Below, piece by piece: positions 1-8,950 of a stretch of DNA of 24,985 bases. Each line of letters begins with the position of its first letter. Within the stretch, counting starts at the first letter, position 1. Both the position numbers and the translations under genes were made by a program. The stretch is taken from IMG/VR virus record IMGVR_UViG_3300008255_000449, positions 1 to 24,985 of that record; one strand, written 5' to 3'. The notes beneath the pieces were generated by a model that did no database searches, was not told the origin of the DNA, and saw only the letters and a list, made by a program, of their open reading frames with translations. Source of the stretch: a virus. Its lineage: Duplodnaviria > Caudoviricetes.

Positions 1-64
1 CTGCTGGCTCCTGATCTTCTGCTGGCTCCTGATCTTCTGCTGGCTCCTGATCTTCTGCTGGCTC
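1..64. repeat. 18-bp tandem repeat (CTGCTGGCTCCTGATCTT) x3.5, coding EPAEDQ
   Basis: Directly visible; unit is a multiple of 3 and in frame in the 1-307 CDS. Confidence 0.95.
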
Positions 65-307
65 AGCATCGAGCGGAGCGTCCAGAATATCCAGATCTTT
101 CACGTCCCCGGCAAATATTTTCGCAAAATCAGCCTCCACGCCGAATACTTCTCCGGCCTTCATCTGGAATCTGGCGATCACCTCATAAACGTCCGGGGTC
201 TCAGTGGGCTTCACCAGATGTTTACGCCTGCGATATTGTTGCTCGTCGAGCAATATTAAGCCGCCCTCAATGGCGATTGGCCCCTTAACGACTTCGTACA
301 TTTTCAT
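1..307 (-). CDS. Hypothetical head-region protein downstream of the capsid gene, running off the window edge, with acidic EPAEDQ repeats
   Basis: ATG at 307 with AGGAG RBS (316-320). Manual translation MKMYEVVKGPIAIEGGLILLDEQQYRRRKHLV...DAEPAEDQEPAEDQEPAEDQEPA is open to position 1. Not in the ORF track because it is partial. Confidence 0.75.
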   Translation of the reverse strand, partial: MKMYEVVKGPIAIEGGLILLDEQQYRRRKHLVKPTETPDVYEVIARFQMKAGEVFGVEADFAKIFAGDVKDLDILDAPLDAEPAEDQEPAEDQEPAEDQEPA

Positions 308-329
308 AGGAATTACTCCTCTCTGTGGA

Positions 330-352
330 GCGGGCGGGGTGTCCCCGCCCGC
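330..352 (-). other. GC-rich stem-loop just downstream of the capsid gene (mRNA stabiliser or attenuator)
   Basis: GCGGGCGGGG-tgt-CCCCGCCCGC, a perfect 10-bp stem with no U-tract. Confidence 0.6.
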
Positions 353-360
353 GCTAACTA

Positions 361-1335
361 TTAGGTCAAGGTCACGTAAACCGAGTGCTGCCAGAGGCCA
401 TACCCGACGTTGTAAATGCCGTCCAGGGCGTACAGATATTCTTTTTGCTTCACGGCGTGATCGCTTCCCTCGCCCAAGACCTGCATACCGACCGGCGCGG
501 CCTCTTGAAAAACAAACGGCTTCATTGCGCCATCGACCCGGTGGACTGCAAAGGCATCTGTCAGGGTCATCAGCGGATCAACATAGACGCCGATTTCCAG
601 GTTCGGGGCGGTCACCAGGGTGTTAATTTGCCCGTTGGCAAAGGTTTTGTTGCTGACAGCCGCCATGGTCGCGGCCCAGAACGCAACCGGAACATGAACG
701 ACAAACTTCCTGGCAGTCTGGTTGATGGGTTTGCCGGTGTCGGACTTGAAACCCAGAATTGCCTGGATGGCTTTCAGAATAGCCTTCTCCATATTCTGTG
801 CCGAAGGGTCTGTCGTTGTGCCTTGCGCGTCTTGCGGTATGGCCTGCTCAGAAATATCTTCGCTGATGTCGTTGCTCTGCGATCCACTATCTCCCTCGGA
901 ATGGTCGGTGTCGTAGAAAAACTGACCGTCATAACAAACCGTAGATGTCCCGGCCTCAACCACGGTCGTCAGTAATTCCAGAGGGTGGTTCGCGGCCGAC
1001 ATTGCCAGGTCAGCGATCCGGCTCTGGATCATGCCAAGTTTAACGAATCGGTGATCGTTGATTTTGATACCAAGCGACATCTCGTACTCGATGTTTTTCA
1101 GGAAATACGAGAATTCTCTCAGTGATTTGATCTGGCGGCCGCCGACCCATTCCCGCATCCCGGGAACATTGCCGAGCCATCCATAATTTTCACCGGCCTC
1201 CTTGTCTGAAGGGGCCTTGATGGCAAGCTCGTTAATCATATTTTTATTTTGTTGTTCTTCCAGGCTCTGGAAGAAGATGCCGACCACATCATTAGAATGA
1301 AGCGCTCGGTGCTGTGCATTTGTTGGTGCTGGCAT
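361..1335 (-). CDS. Major capsid protein, Mu gpT-like
   Basis: 324 aa; ENYGWLGNVPGMREWVG, KNIEYE, CYDGQFFYDTDH and C-terminal NVGYGLWQ match the Mu-like gpT family; AAGGAG RBS; position after protease and decoration genes. Confidence 0.88.
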   Translation of the reverse strand: MPAPTNAQHRALHSNDVVGIFFQSLEEQQNKNMINELAIKAPSDKEAGENYGWLGNVPGMREWVGGRQIKSLREFSYFLKNIEYEMSLGIKINDHRFVKLGMIQSRIADLAMSAANHPLELLTTVVEAGTSTVCYDGQFFYDTDHSEGDSGSQSNDISEDISEQAIPQDAQGTTTDPSAQNMEKAILKAIQAILGFKSDTGKPINQTARKFVVHVPVAFWAATMAAVSNKTFANGQINTLVTAPNLEIGVYVDPLMTLTDAFAVHRVDGAMKPFVFQEAAPVGMQVLGEGSDHAVKQKEYLYALDGIYNVGYGLWQHSVYVTLT

Positions 1336-1367
1336 GGAACTGTCTCCTTTACAAAATTTCTGCTAAC

Positions 1368-2111
1368 TTACTTTTGACGCGCAATGAGCGAGTTGATCAT
1401 TGTGGCGTTCTCTCGAATCGCGGCACGTAGCGCCACGTTGTCTGCCACCACCTCATTCAGGGCTTCTTGCAATTCTTTCAACTGCAAGTTGGCTTCCAAG
1501 ATCGCCGCGTTAACTGCTGTGTTAACAGCCAAATCGGTATAGGTGTCAGTCGTGCTGAGCGCGATGTCTTGTACATCTGCCAGAACGCCGTCAGTCGTCC
1601 CGGTTAATGTTCCAGTCACCGTTGCGGCGGTGGCGTCAAGATCCGGGAGATCGCCGTTGCTGGTCCCGCCAATAGCGCCGCCGGCCTCGGTTAGTGCGGT
1701 CAAATGCGCCACCCCAACACCATCAAATTCAACGATCGCTTTAGTGCTGGCAACGTGCCGGACAATTTTTCCGATCATCGTGCTGGTGCTGGCGGTTAGG
1801 GTGAAGGTGTTGTCGTCGGAGGCGTAGACAGGTTTACCGATATCGGTAACGGCCGTAACGCCAGTTACTGCCAATTCAATCCGGCCGCGCTGAATCACGC
1901 TTACTTTAATGTCCCCGGCGGAGCCAGAGGCATTGTCGGCCTTCGCCTGGGCGAACCCGGCAAACGGATCTCCTGCGACGAGCGGGCGAGCGTTACCGGA
2001 ACTGATACCGACGGCCGCTCCCTGATAGATAATATCGCTGGCCACCACCGGGAGGTCATTAATAACACCGATTTCAATGGCCCTTAAAGCATTATCTGCA
2101 AGTGTAGTCAT
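1368..2111 (-). CDS. Capsid decoration/cement-like protein (DUF2190-like N-terminus) with C-terminal coiled coil
   Basis: IYQGAAVG...FAGFA...DIGKPVYASDDNTFTLT pattern; lies between protease and capsid; heptad-rich tail LEANLQLKELQEALNEVVADNVALRAAI. Confidence 0.65.
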   Translation of the reverse strand: MTTLADNALRAIEIGVINDLPVVASDIIYQGAAVGISSGNARPLVAGDPFAGFAQAKADNASGSAGDIKVSVIQRGRIELAVTGVTAVTDIGKPVYASDDNTFTLTASTSTMIGKIVRHVASTKAIVEFDGVGVAHLTALTEAGGAIGGTSNGDLPDLDATAATVTGTLTGTTDGVLADVQDIALSTTDTYTDLAVNTAVNAAILEANLQLKELQEALNEVVADNVALRAAIRENATMINSLIARQK

Positions 2112-2143
2112 GTTAAAATCTCCTTATTGGCTAAATACGACTA

Positions 2144-2632
2144 TTAGCGGGTCGTGGAGGCCACGCGCCCTTCTTCTTTTGCTCTGGTGAATGAGGTGTA
2201 AACCTCCAGGCTGATGTATTGCTCCCGCAATTTGGCATCCTGTTCCCACTCTGCCTTGCAGCGCTCTTCAACGGGAAGCCCGCTCAGATCAACCGGCTGG
2301 TCTTTTCCCTCTTGTTGTGCGATGGGTGCCGGGGCATCTTGCTGTAAATTAGTAGCGATGCTGGCTCGCTGCTGCTTCTCGGCATTCAGAACTGCAACCG
2401 CAGCCTCTGGGCCGGTGGTTTTACCGTCGAATTTCATCGAGGCAATCAGAGCTTCATGGCCGGGCATGAACTGCTCCTCGACCGATTTAATTCGCTCCAT
2501 CTCTGCCTTTGCGCCCTCAGCCCGTGCGGCGGCCGTTCCTTCTGTGACGCCTTCTTTTTTGATTTCCTCCACAAGGGAGGCGCAGTTTTTTACCAGAAAA
2601 TCTCTGGTAATATCTTTCATTTCAAATGGCAT
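2144..2632 (-). CDS. Putative nested in-frame scaffolding protein (lambda Nu3-like), 162 aa
   Basis: AAAGGAGAAGATACT-ATG inside the protease gene, in frame (648 nt after the 3280 start), following the protease domain; helical A/E/K-rich product MPFEMKDITRDF... Confidence 0.6.
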   Translation of the reverse strand: MPFEMKDITRDFLVKNCASLVEEIKKEGVTEGTAAARAEGAKAEMERIKSVEEQFMPGHEALIASMKFDGKTTGPEAAVAVLNAEKQQRASIATNLQQDAPAPIAQQEGKDQPVDLSGLPVEERCKAEWEQDAKLREQYISLEVYTSFTRAKEEGRVASTTR

Positions 2633-3280
2633 AGTATCTTCTCCTTTGCTGCTGTTTTTAATTTTTTTTCTGGTAAGAAATTCCGGGGTGTGTTCAAAAC
2701 TTTTTAGAGCGTCGAAGCTTGCAACCGCTTTAATGGGCTCGGTGGTCTCGTCGGCGAAACCCATGGCGACCGCTTCAGCCGCAGTCATCCAGGTTTCTTC
2801 GTCCATCATTTTTGATATTTCATCTGCCGACAAACCAGTCCTTGCCTCATAGGCCGACATACTCGCGGTCTTAACCTTCTCCAGAAACTCGGCAGTATCG
2901 CGCATGTCCTGGGCGTCGCCGAGTGCGATGGTGACCGGGTTATGAATCATCATCAGCGCGTTGGCTGGCATCGTAATGGTGTCGCCAGCCATGGCGATTA
3001 CAGAGGCGATGCTGGCCGCCATACCGTCAATAAATACGTTGATCGTTGCCGGGTGGCGCATCAGCATGTTGTGGATGGCATGGCCGTCAAAGACTGCGCC
3101 GCCGGGAGAGTTAATAAATACATCGATGGTGTCTACGTCGCCGAGCGCCTTAAGCTCTCGGTTAAAAGACTTCGCATTAACCCCATCGCCGTACCAGTCC
3201 TCACCGATAAAATCAAATATGTGGATCTCGGCATTTTTGGTATCGGTTTTATTTTGAGTTTTGAACCAATGCTTCGGCAT
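2144..3280 (-). CDS. ClpP-like (S14/S49) head maturation protease with C-terminal scaffold region
   Basis: INSPGGAVFDG, IDGMAASIASVIAMAGD, MMIHNP and MMDEETWMTAAEAVAMGFAD motifs; AGGAGG RBS. Confidence 0.92.
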   Translation of the reverse strand: MPKHWFKTQNKTDTKNAEIHIFDFIGEDWYGDGVNAKSFNRELKALGDVDTIDVFINSPGGAVFDGHAIHNMLMRHPATINVFIDGMAASIASVIAMAGDTITMPANALMMIHNPVTIALGDAQDMRDTAEFLEKVKTASMSAYEARTGLSADEISKMMDEETWMTAAEAVAMGFADETTEPIKAVASFDALKSFEHTPEFLTRKKIKNSSKGEDTMPFEMKDITRDFLVKNCASLVEEIKKEGVTEGTAAARAEGAKAEMERIKSVEEQFMPGHEALIASMKFDGKTTGPEAAVAVLNAEKQQRASIATNLQQDAPAPIAQQEGKDQPVDLSGLPVEERCKAEWEQDAKLREQYISLEVYTSFTRAKEEGRVASTTR

Positions 3281-3291
3281 TAGGTCTCCTC

Positions 3292-4863
3292 CTAATTCTG
3301 AACTGCATCATTCGGAGAGTCTGTTGCTGCCGGGTCTTGAAGCCCGTCCGCCCTCCGCATTTCAACTTCCCGTTTGCGCTGGTTATGTACGTCCTCCCAG
3401 TCGGAGCCGGTGTTTTCTGTCGTAACCCGGGAGAGCGATTTCACGCCCATGTCCACCCATAGCTGTTCGGCTTTTGCTTCCCGAAGCGGGTCGATATGTC
3501 CCGGGGCTGGGCCGACCCACTCGCAGGCCGAGTAAGCTCTGATGATCGCCGCATTCCCGCTTAAATATCCGGGCGCATGGATCCGCCCGCTTGCGACGGC
3601 TTCCATAAGCCAGGTGCGATAGATGGGATCATTAAACGACTCGCCGAGCCATTTGCGGCGGCGTCTAAAAAAGCGCCAGGCCTCCATCATCGCCGCCCGG
3701 CTTGCGCTGTATGAGGCGGTGAAGTGTTTGATTAGAACTTCGAATGGCAGTTCAAGCGCGACGCCGACCTGGCGTAATATGGCCTGCATGAACGGATCAA
3801 ATGCGATATTCGGGCGATTCGGATCGACGGTTTCTATTGACTCTCCCGGGGAGAGCTGGCCGATAATACCGCTCTGAAGCTTGTAGTCTTTATCCGCTGT
3901 GGACCCGCCGATATCGCTGGTTGGCTCCATTGGTGCCAGGCCGCCCGCGCTCTCTGTTTTAAAAAATACGGCAAACATCCCGGTTACAACGGCCGCCATC
4001 AGCTCTGCCTCGGTATAGCGATCCAGTTGCTTCAGGGTCTCAATAACCGGCGCGAGATCCGGAATCCCCCTGCTCTGATGAGGTCGGAGCTTCGGATATA
4101 GATGAATGACATTTCGGCGTCCTGTCTTTGCGCCGAAGGCCGGGACGCGATTCCACCTTAATTCTGTAATCAGGCTGCCCGGGTGTTGGGTCTGTATATG
4201 GTAGGCCACTGGCGCACCGAAGCTGTCTTTCTCGACGCCGCCAGCCATGGCGATAGTATCCATCTGATGGTTGGGGTTGCTGATCCGGTCACCCTCGATA
4301 AGCTGGACGCGGGTTTGGTAAGGAAACCCGCCGCGCTCAAACATAGGAAGCAAGGCAAAAACGTCGCCGCTGGTCAGGACACTTCTGAAGGCCAGCTCCT
4401 GGAGGCCGTAAAAATTAAGTGTGCGCTCGGCGTCGCATTCCTGCGACTCTGACCATACATGGAATTCCCGCTCGGTGTTCCGCTGCCAATCGGAGGCGGC
4501 ATCGGCGGTCATGCCCAGAAACTCGTAATCAATTTTGCTTTGGAGCTTTAGCCCGTCGCCGACAACGTTTAAGACCTTCGTATTAATTGCGCCCAGGGCG
4601 ATGGGATTATTTCTGGAAAGATCCCGCGATCGGTTAACCAGCACCTGGCGGTCAGGGAGAGTATCCCTATCAGCGTCCTTCAGCCATGGCACCCACTCTT
4701 TAAGGGTGCGGCGGGAGCGCGACGCGCCGGTATAACTATTTACTGTCGACATGAGCGCACGAGCGCGGAGGCGTTTCACTCCGTCTTCAGGATTAAAGAA
4801 CGCAACGAGCTGATCAATCGCGTTCATTTGGAACGCGGGCTGTCTGGATGGGACTTCTCTCAT
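3292..4863 (-). CDS. Portal protein, lambda gpB family
   Basis: 523 aa; RSRDLSRNNPIALGA, VVGDGLK, RPHQSRGIPDLAPVI, SYSASRAAMMEAWR and HIDPLREAKA motifs. Confidence 0.93.
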   Translation of the reverse strand: MREVPSRQPAFQMNAIDQLVAFFNPEDGVKRLRARALMSTVNSYTGASRSRRTLKEWVPWLKDADRDTLPDRQVLVNRSRDLSRNNPIALGAINTKVLNVVGDGLKLQSKIDYEFLGMTADAASDWQRNTEREFHVWSESQECDAERTLNFYGLQELAFRSVLTSGDVFALLPMFERGGFPYQTRVQLIEGDRISNPNHQMDTIAMAGGVEKDSFGAPVAYHIQTQHPGSLITELRWNRVPAFGAKTGRRNVIHLYPKLRPHQSRGIPDLAPVIETLKQLDRYTEAELMAAVVTGMFAVFFKTESAGGLAPMEPTSDIGGSTADKDYKLQSGIIGQLSPGESIETVDPNRPNIAFDPFMQAILRQVGVALELPFEVLIKHFTASYSASRAAMMEAWRFFRRRRKWLGESFNDPIYRTWLMEAVASGRIHAPGYLSGNAAIIRAYSACEWVGPAPGHIDPLREAKAEQLWVDMGVKSLSRVTTENTGSDWEDVHNQRKREVEMRRADGLQDPAATDSPNDAVQN

Positions 4864-5069
4864 GAGGGTGTTGCCCCAAACAGACGAATGCCACCGGCAT
4901 CTTCGCGGTCAGCCATTTTCCTGAGCCACTTCTCGCGCTCGTAGAGGGTGCGGAGATCGCCACGCTTCAGCATCCGATCCCCGATCTGATATTCCTGAGC
5001 GCCGCCCTCAATAGCGGTAATGGCTGTTTGAACCTCTTCCAGTTGGGTTGTATATGACTTGATCGCCAT
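4860..5069 (-). CDS. Head completion/head-tail joining protein, gpW-like
   Basis: 69 aa between terL and portal; AITAIEGGAQEYQIGDRMLKRGDLRTL; ATGA overlap with portal. Confidence 0.8.
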   Translation of the reverse strand: MAIKSYTTQLEEVQTAITAIEGGAQEYQIGDRMLKRGDLRTLYEREKWLRKMADREDAGGIRLFGATPS

Positions 5070-7019
5070 TTAATACATCCTTCCTATAATTCTGTTTTTT
5101 TTACGCGCAGGGGCGGGAGGCTCCGGCGTATCAGGCTTTAATCCCTCGTGGTGCTGGTGTGGAATGATGCGTGTCCCCCACTCCTGCCAGTTGCTCGCGA
5201 GCATATTTAAGCCGGCGAAACTTAAAACCATCATGTCCAGCGCCTCGTTCCTGGCTCGGATTTTGCGCCAGGCTTTTTTCTCTACCCCTCGCTCCATTTT
5301 TTTGACGAGTTGCTCGGCGGCCAACTGTTTAAAAAATTCTTCCATGTAGCGATCCGGGAAGTGGATATATCCCGGCCCGGGCTCAGTTCGGTTCAGGCGG
5401 CCGTATATAATTTCTTTTGCGGGATCGACGCCGACGGTGAACAGCTCGACTTTTCTTTCATCAACACCCGTTCTCTTCGGGGCCGGGCTCGTTATGATTG
5501 GCCGGCCGTCTCCCGCGACGCCCTTGGTGGCAAAAATACGCTGGGCTGTTTTCCCTTTGCAAAAATCGTAGACGATCTGAGTTTTAAAACCGGAGTCGAT
5601 GCAGGTTGATGATATTCGCAGCTTGACGCCCGACTCATGCGCGAATGTGCGATCAAGATAATCCTGCAACTCCCGCCAGACGCCGGGCTGTTCCGGGTCT
5701 CCCCAGAAGGTCTGGTGATCAACCGACCAGCATTCTTCCCTTAGCCCCCAGCCGTTCACCAGAATCTCTATACGGTCATTCTGGATGTCGACGCCTGCGG
5801 TAAGAACGAATGCGCCCATCGGAACTTCGGCGGTATACTTCTCGCGGCGATGGTAAAGATCACTACTCTCTATCCCTGCGCCCTCTTCCTTCCAGGTTTC
5901 GCAGAGCCGGGTGTTTGTGAAAACTTTTAACTTTTGAACATCCTCCTTGGCGTCCAGAAACTCCTGGACAAACTGCGCCCAGGTGAACCATGGGCTGTAT
6001 AAGGTATTGAGCCTGAATCCGGCGACTCCGTTAAATTCAGCCTGGGCGATCCATTTTCCCCGGGCGACCATATCCGGCTTGTCTGATTCGAAAAGCAGCG
6101 TTCCGCATTCGATGCAGACCATGTGCGCCGTCTCTGGCCTGTGTACTTTTACTCCGTCGACAATCTCCTTATCCCAGCATACGTTTTTCCATTCCAGCTT
6201 TTGATACTGGTCGCAGTGGGGGCAAGGAACAAAGTATTCCCGCTGGTCGGATCTCTGATAGGATGGGTGGATCTTCGAGTCTGTGTCAGTGCCGGGTGAT
6301 GACGTTTTTATGATTTTTTTGTCCCAGAAATTGGTAGTCCGTTTTTCCGCCAGGTCGATGGGGTCGCCTTCTTTTTTGGAAGATTTTTCGTAACGATCAC
6401 ACTCATCTTCGAATAGGCGCTTGATGGGTTTTCCCGCAAGCGAGGCGGGAACGTTAGCGCTGGCAATCGCCAGATAGCCACCGGCAAAATTCTTTTTGAA
6501 TGTCCCGCTCTGTTTCTCATGGCCGCCACCACGACTCGGATATATTTTGCGCGACAGTACATCGGTGTCACGGATCATGGTGTCGATCCGGTCCTCTGAA
6601 AAATCCTTCGCGTTGTCCTTGTCGGGCTGCACCATCAACATCGGACTTGGATCAATATGAACGCTATAGGCGATGCAGTTAAGTAAAATCTCGCTTTTGC
6701 CGAGCTGCGATGCCCATTCCAGAACGATGGTATGAACGGTGGGATCGGTAAATGCATCCATCGGCTCACGCTGGTATTCGGCGCGGCTGGTGTCCCATTG
6801 CCCGTATTCAGAGCTTCCTTCCTGCGACAGCATCCTATATTTGTCCGCCCACTGCGAAACGGTGAGATCCGGCGGCGGGGCGAGAAGCGACAACACACTG
6901 CGGGATACTGCAGCCAGCGTGGCGGAGCATCTGAGTTTAAGGCGATTCGATTTCTGTTTCAGAGAGTTCTCGCAAGCCTTCGTCAATCGCTTTTTTGATG
7001 ATTTCTTTTGCCTGGGCAT
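5070..7019 (-). CDS. terL: Terminase large subunit, lambda GpA family (start codon uncertain)
   Basis: PPPDLTVSQWAD, ASQLGKSE (Walker A variant), LFEDECDRY (Walker B), YFVPCPHC, LTAGVDIQ and RNEALD motifs. Confidence 0.95.
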   Translation of the reverse strand: MPRQKKSSKKRLTKACENSLKQKSNRLKLRCSATLAAVSRSVLSLLAPPPDLTVSQWADKYRMLSQEGSSEYGQWDTSRAEYQREPMDAFTDPTVHTIVLEWASQLGKSEILLNCIAYSVHIDPSPMLMVQPDKDNAKDFSEDRIDTMIRDTDVLSRKIYPSRGGGHEKQSGTFKKNFAGGYLAIASANVPASLAGKPIKRLFEDECDRYEKSSKKEGDPIDLAEKRTTNFWDKKIIKTSSPGTDTDSKIHPSYQRSDQREYFVPCPHCDQYQKLEWKNVCWDKEIVDGVKVHRPETAHMVCIECGTLLFESDKPDMVARGKWIAQAEFNGVAGFRLNTLYSPWFTWAQFVQEFLDAKEDVQKLKVFTNTRLCETWKEEGAGIESSDLYHRREKYTAEVPMGAFVLTAGVDIQNDRIEILVNGWGLREECWSVDHQTFWGDPEQPGVWRELQDYLDRTFAHESGVKLRISSTCIDSGFKTQIVYDFCKGKTAQRIFATKGVAGDGRPIITSPAPKRTGVDERKVELFTVGVDPAKEIIYGRLNRTEPGPGYIHFPDRYMEEFFKQLAAEQLVKKMERGVEKKAWRKIRARNEALDMMVLSFAGLNMLASNWQEWGTRIIPHQHHEGLKPDTPEPPAPARKKNRIIGRMY

Positions 7020-7410
7020 TGGTTCGTGTCGCCCTCACTCGTTGCGCCAGCCGGTTTGGAATAGAGCTTAATTTTGATTTCATGCGCATGATCATCAAGC
7101 CCCATGTCTCCTCCACCTCCTGGGCGAGGACCACCTCCTGGCGGCGGCGCTGAAGTTCTATTTCCTGCAATTCTGCTTTTACTCTGGTAAGCCTGGTGCG
7201 CTCTAAGCCATAACCCGTCTGTTCAGCCCCTGCGGATCCATAAGCCAGCGATTGCAGGTACTGGATATAACCACGAACCGATCCGACGAGCGGGTACTGT
7301 CCCCGCGCCGCCTTGGGGATAACGCCCTCTTTTGCCAACTGCTGAACTCGTCGCGGGTCAAGGCTGAGTAGTTTTGCGATGGCCTCCAGGCTGATCACCT
7401 GCTCGGCCAT
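6937..7410 (-). CDS. terS: Terminase small subunit, Nu1-like
   Basis: N-terminal wHTH (IAKLLSLDPRRVQQLAKEGVIP...GQYPL), coiled coil ERTRLTRVKAELQEIEL; overlaps terL. Confidence 0.85.
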   Translation of the reverse strand: MAEQVISLEAIAKLLSLDPRRVQQLAKEGVIPKAARGQYPLVGSVRGYIQYLQSLAYGSAGAEQTGYGLERTRLTRVKAELQEIELQRRRQEVVLAQEVEETWGLMIMRMKSKLSSIPNRLAQRVRATRTNAQAKEIIKKAIDEGLRELSETEIESP

Positions 7411-7413
7411 GGT

Positions 7414-8010
7414 TTACCTCGCGGTGGCCATGGCGCGATTAAACGCGGTCTCAAAATTCTTTTGAACACGATCTGTCACAGTCCGCCGGACTGTTTCCTC
7501 AAAACCGAATCTGGCGTTGATCTCTGCTTTTGGAATCAGAAGAAACATAACCTCGACGGGGAATCTGCTCTTGCCCTTGCGGCGCATAATTGCTTCACGG
7601 CCGGATTTAAGCCGCTGAATAAATGACTTGGGGCGATCCAAAACAGCGCGAGGGCGGTTTGATTTCGTAATAATATCGCGCTTGTTTTTTCTGGCACCCC
7701 GGGCAGGGATGGCTAGATGCTGGCCTCGTGGTGTTTTGGTGCCGCCCTCTTCCTGCAACTGCATGTAGTCGTCTCGAACCATCACCCTGGATTCCAGGTG
7801 GTTCTTTTTTGCTGGCTGGATTTGAACCCCCTTTTGCGTCCAGGTATTCCTGATCGTGAACTTATGCGGCAGCCTCACTATGACGACTTGCTGAGCGTCT
7901 TTGGCTGTCTGGGTTAGCGTCATCGCGCCGATGAATGGCATCTGCTCCCGCGCGAGGAAACCCATGCGGCGCTCCAGATCCGAGGTGTCAACTGTGATAT
8001 CAAGCTGCAT
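7414..8010 (-). CDS. Basic phage morphogenesis protein (gpZ/HK97 gp10-like tail-completion type)
   Basis: 198 aa, K/R-rich; QMPFIGAMTLTQTAKDAQ and FETAFNRAMATAR pattern of genes commonly found before terS. Confidence 0.5.
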   Translation of the reverse strand: MQLDITVDTSDLERRMGFLAREQMPFIGAMTLTQTAKDAQQVVIVRLPHKFTIRNTWTQKGVQIQPAKKNHLESRVMVRDDYMQLQEEGGTKTPRGQHLAIPARGARKNKRDIITKSNRPRAVLDRPKSFIQRLKSGREAIMRRKGKSRFPVEVMFLLIPKAEINARFGFEETVRRTVTDRVQKNFETAFNRAMATAR

Positions 8011-8015
8011 TCTTT

Positions 8016-8186
8016 TTAATCTCCAATTCTGGAAATAAATTTTTCATGCGGGAAACAATTCGGATCATTGAAACCAAATTCTTTAATGCTGGCGGCGATC
8101 TGTTTGATTTGCTCCGGCGGGTGTTCCTTCGCGTTGCCCGGGTATGCCTCAATCTCGGTTATAGGTTTTTCTTCTATAAAAAGCAT
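8016..8186 (-). pseudogene. Truncated ParB/Srx-like N-terminal domain (likely remnant of a ParB-DNA methyltransferase gene), 56 aa
   Basis: Manual translation MLFIEEKPITEIEAYPGNAKEHPPEQIKQIAASIKEFGFNDP matches the start of ParB-like domains, then diverges (NCFPHEKFISRIGD*); GTGAGG RBS. Confidence 0.7.
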
Positions 8187-8192
8187 CTCGCC

Positions 8193-8534
8193 TCACTTAA
8201 CCTGCACCTGGCACGGCGTCCAGGGGAATTGTTGCCTGCTCGACATGACGACGGCTGCACCGTTCCGTTGAGCTTTTACGGTGGAACTTGTCCGCAGAAG
8301 ATCCATATAGTGCGGCCATCTTTTGCGGGAGACCGCATAATAATTACCTATCTCTCCGGTATAGGTGATGCCGAGCCAGGCCATTTTTTTGTGGTGGCAT
8401 CGCGGGCAGTGGCCGCGCATTAAGTCATGATACTGATAGTGCGACTTCCAGTCGTCATTCGCGAACAGCCGGTCTGTTTTCTCCGGCCGGAAAACATCAT
8501 CGCAACAGCGCAGCACGTAAGTAAAATCAGCCAT
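8193..8534 (-). CDS. Hypothetical protein with CC and CPRC motifs; first gene of the putative late operon
   Basis: 113 aa; GAGG/AGGA RBS; co-oriented with and abutting the downstream genes. Confidence 0.6.
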   Translation of the reverse strand: MADFTYVLRCCDDVFRPEKTDRLFANDDWKSHYQYHDLMRGHCPRCHHKKMAWLGITYTGEIGNYYAVSRKRWPHYMDLLRTSSTVKAQRNGAAVVMSSRQQFPWTPCQVQVK

Positions 8535-8848
8535 AGATATCCTGTCCTCTTTTGCCCGGAGGTGGCGGTTTCCCGCACGGATCCCCTTTTAACTTCCCCG
8601 TTCGTTTCCTACTAGGACCAGAAAAAAGGATGTCTGCCGGTCCTGCCCGGCTCGTTTTCTTTTAATTTACAGCCCAGGGATATCAGACCATAGGTTTTTT
8701 AAAAAGATTCGTTTACGGGCCTCCCAGACGGCGGAGAATTAATACTTATTGTTTATCCTCCTCCAGCGAGGGAGAGAATCAATAAGTTAAGCTGGCACGT
8801 AATTTAACTTATCGGTGGTTTTGGTTCCGTTTTTTTAACTTTTCTGCC

Positions 8849-8878
8849 AAATAAAAAACCCGCCGAACCCCGGCGGGC
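8849..8878 (-). terminator. Rho-independent terminator (tR'-like)
   Basis: Minus strand CCCGCCG-gggtt-CGGCGGG-TTTTTTATTT. Confidence 0.85.
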
Positions 8879-8921
8879 TGTTAGTTTACATCATGGAAAA
8901 AAGGAATGGTTAGATTCCCCT

Positions 8922-8950
8922 ATTATAGCAGTATTCAGCAGACCAGGCAG
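8922..8950 (-). promoter_or_regulatory. Putative late promoter (pR'-like) with extended -10
   Basis: Minus strand TGcTATAAT at 8930-8922; CTGCCT at 17-bp spacing. Confidence 0.6.

Noticed and set aside
1-64. CRISPR array (also considered for 10047-10102 and 17544-17612)
   Set aside because: These are head-to-tail repeats without spacers, all in frame within coding regions, and there are no cas genes
6928-6930. ATG just after the terS stop as the terL start
   Set aside because: Out of frame with terL; the terL start remains 7019 or a downstream GTG/TTG
204-8423. Plus-strand ORFs overlapping the head genes (e.g. 204-626, 385-975, 2214-2852, 8046-8423)
   Set aside because: Antisense shadows of well-supported minus-strand genes, with no recognisable motifs
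8885-8894. ATG-ATG-TAA minigene in the short late leader (minus strand)
   Set aside because: No SD sequence and likely to occur by chance
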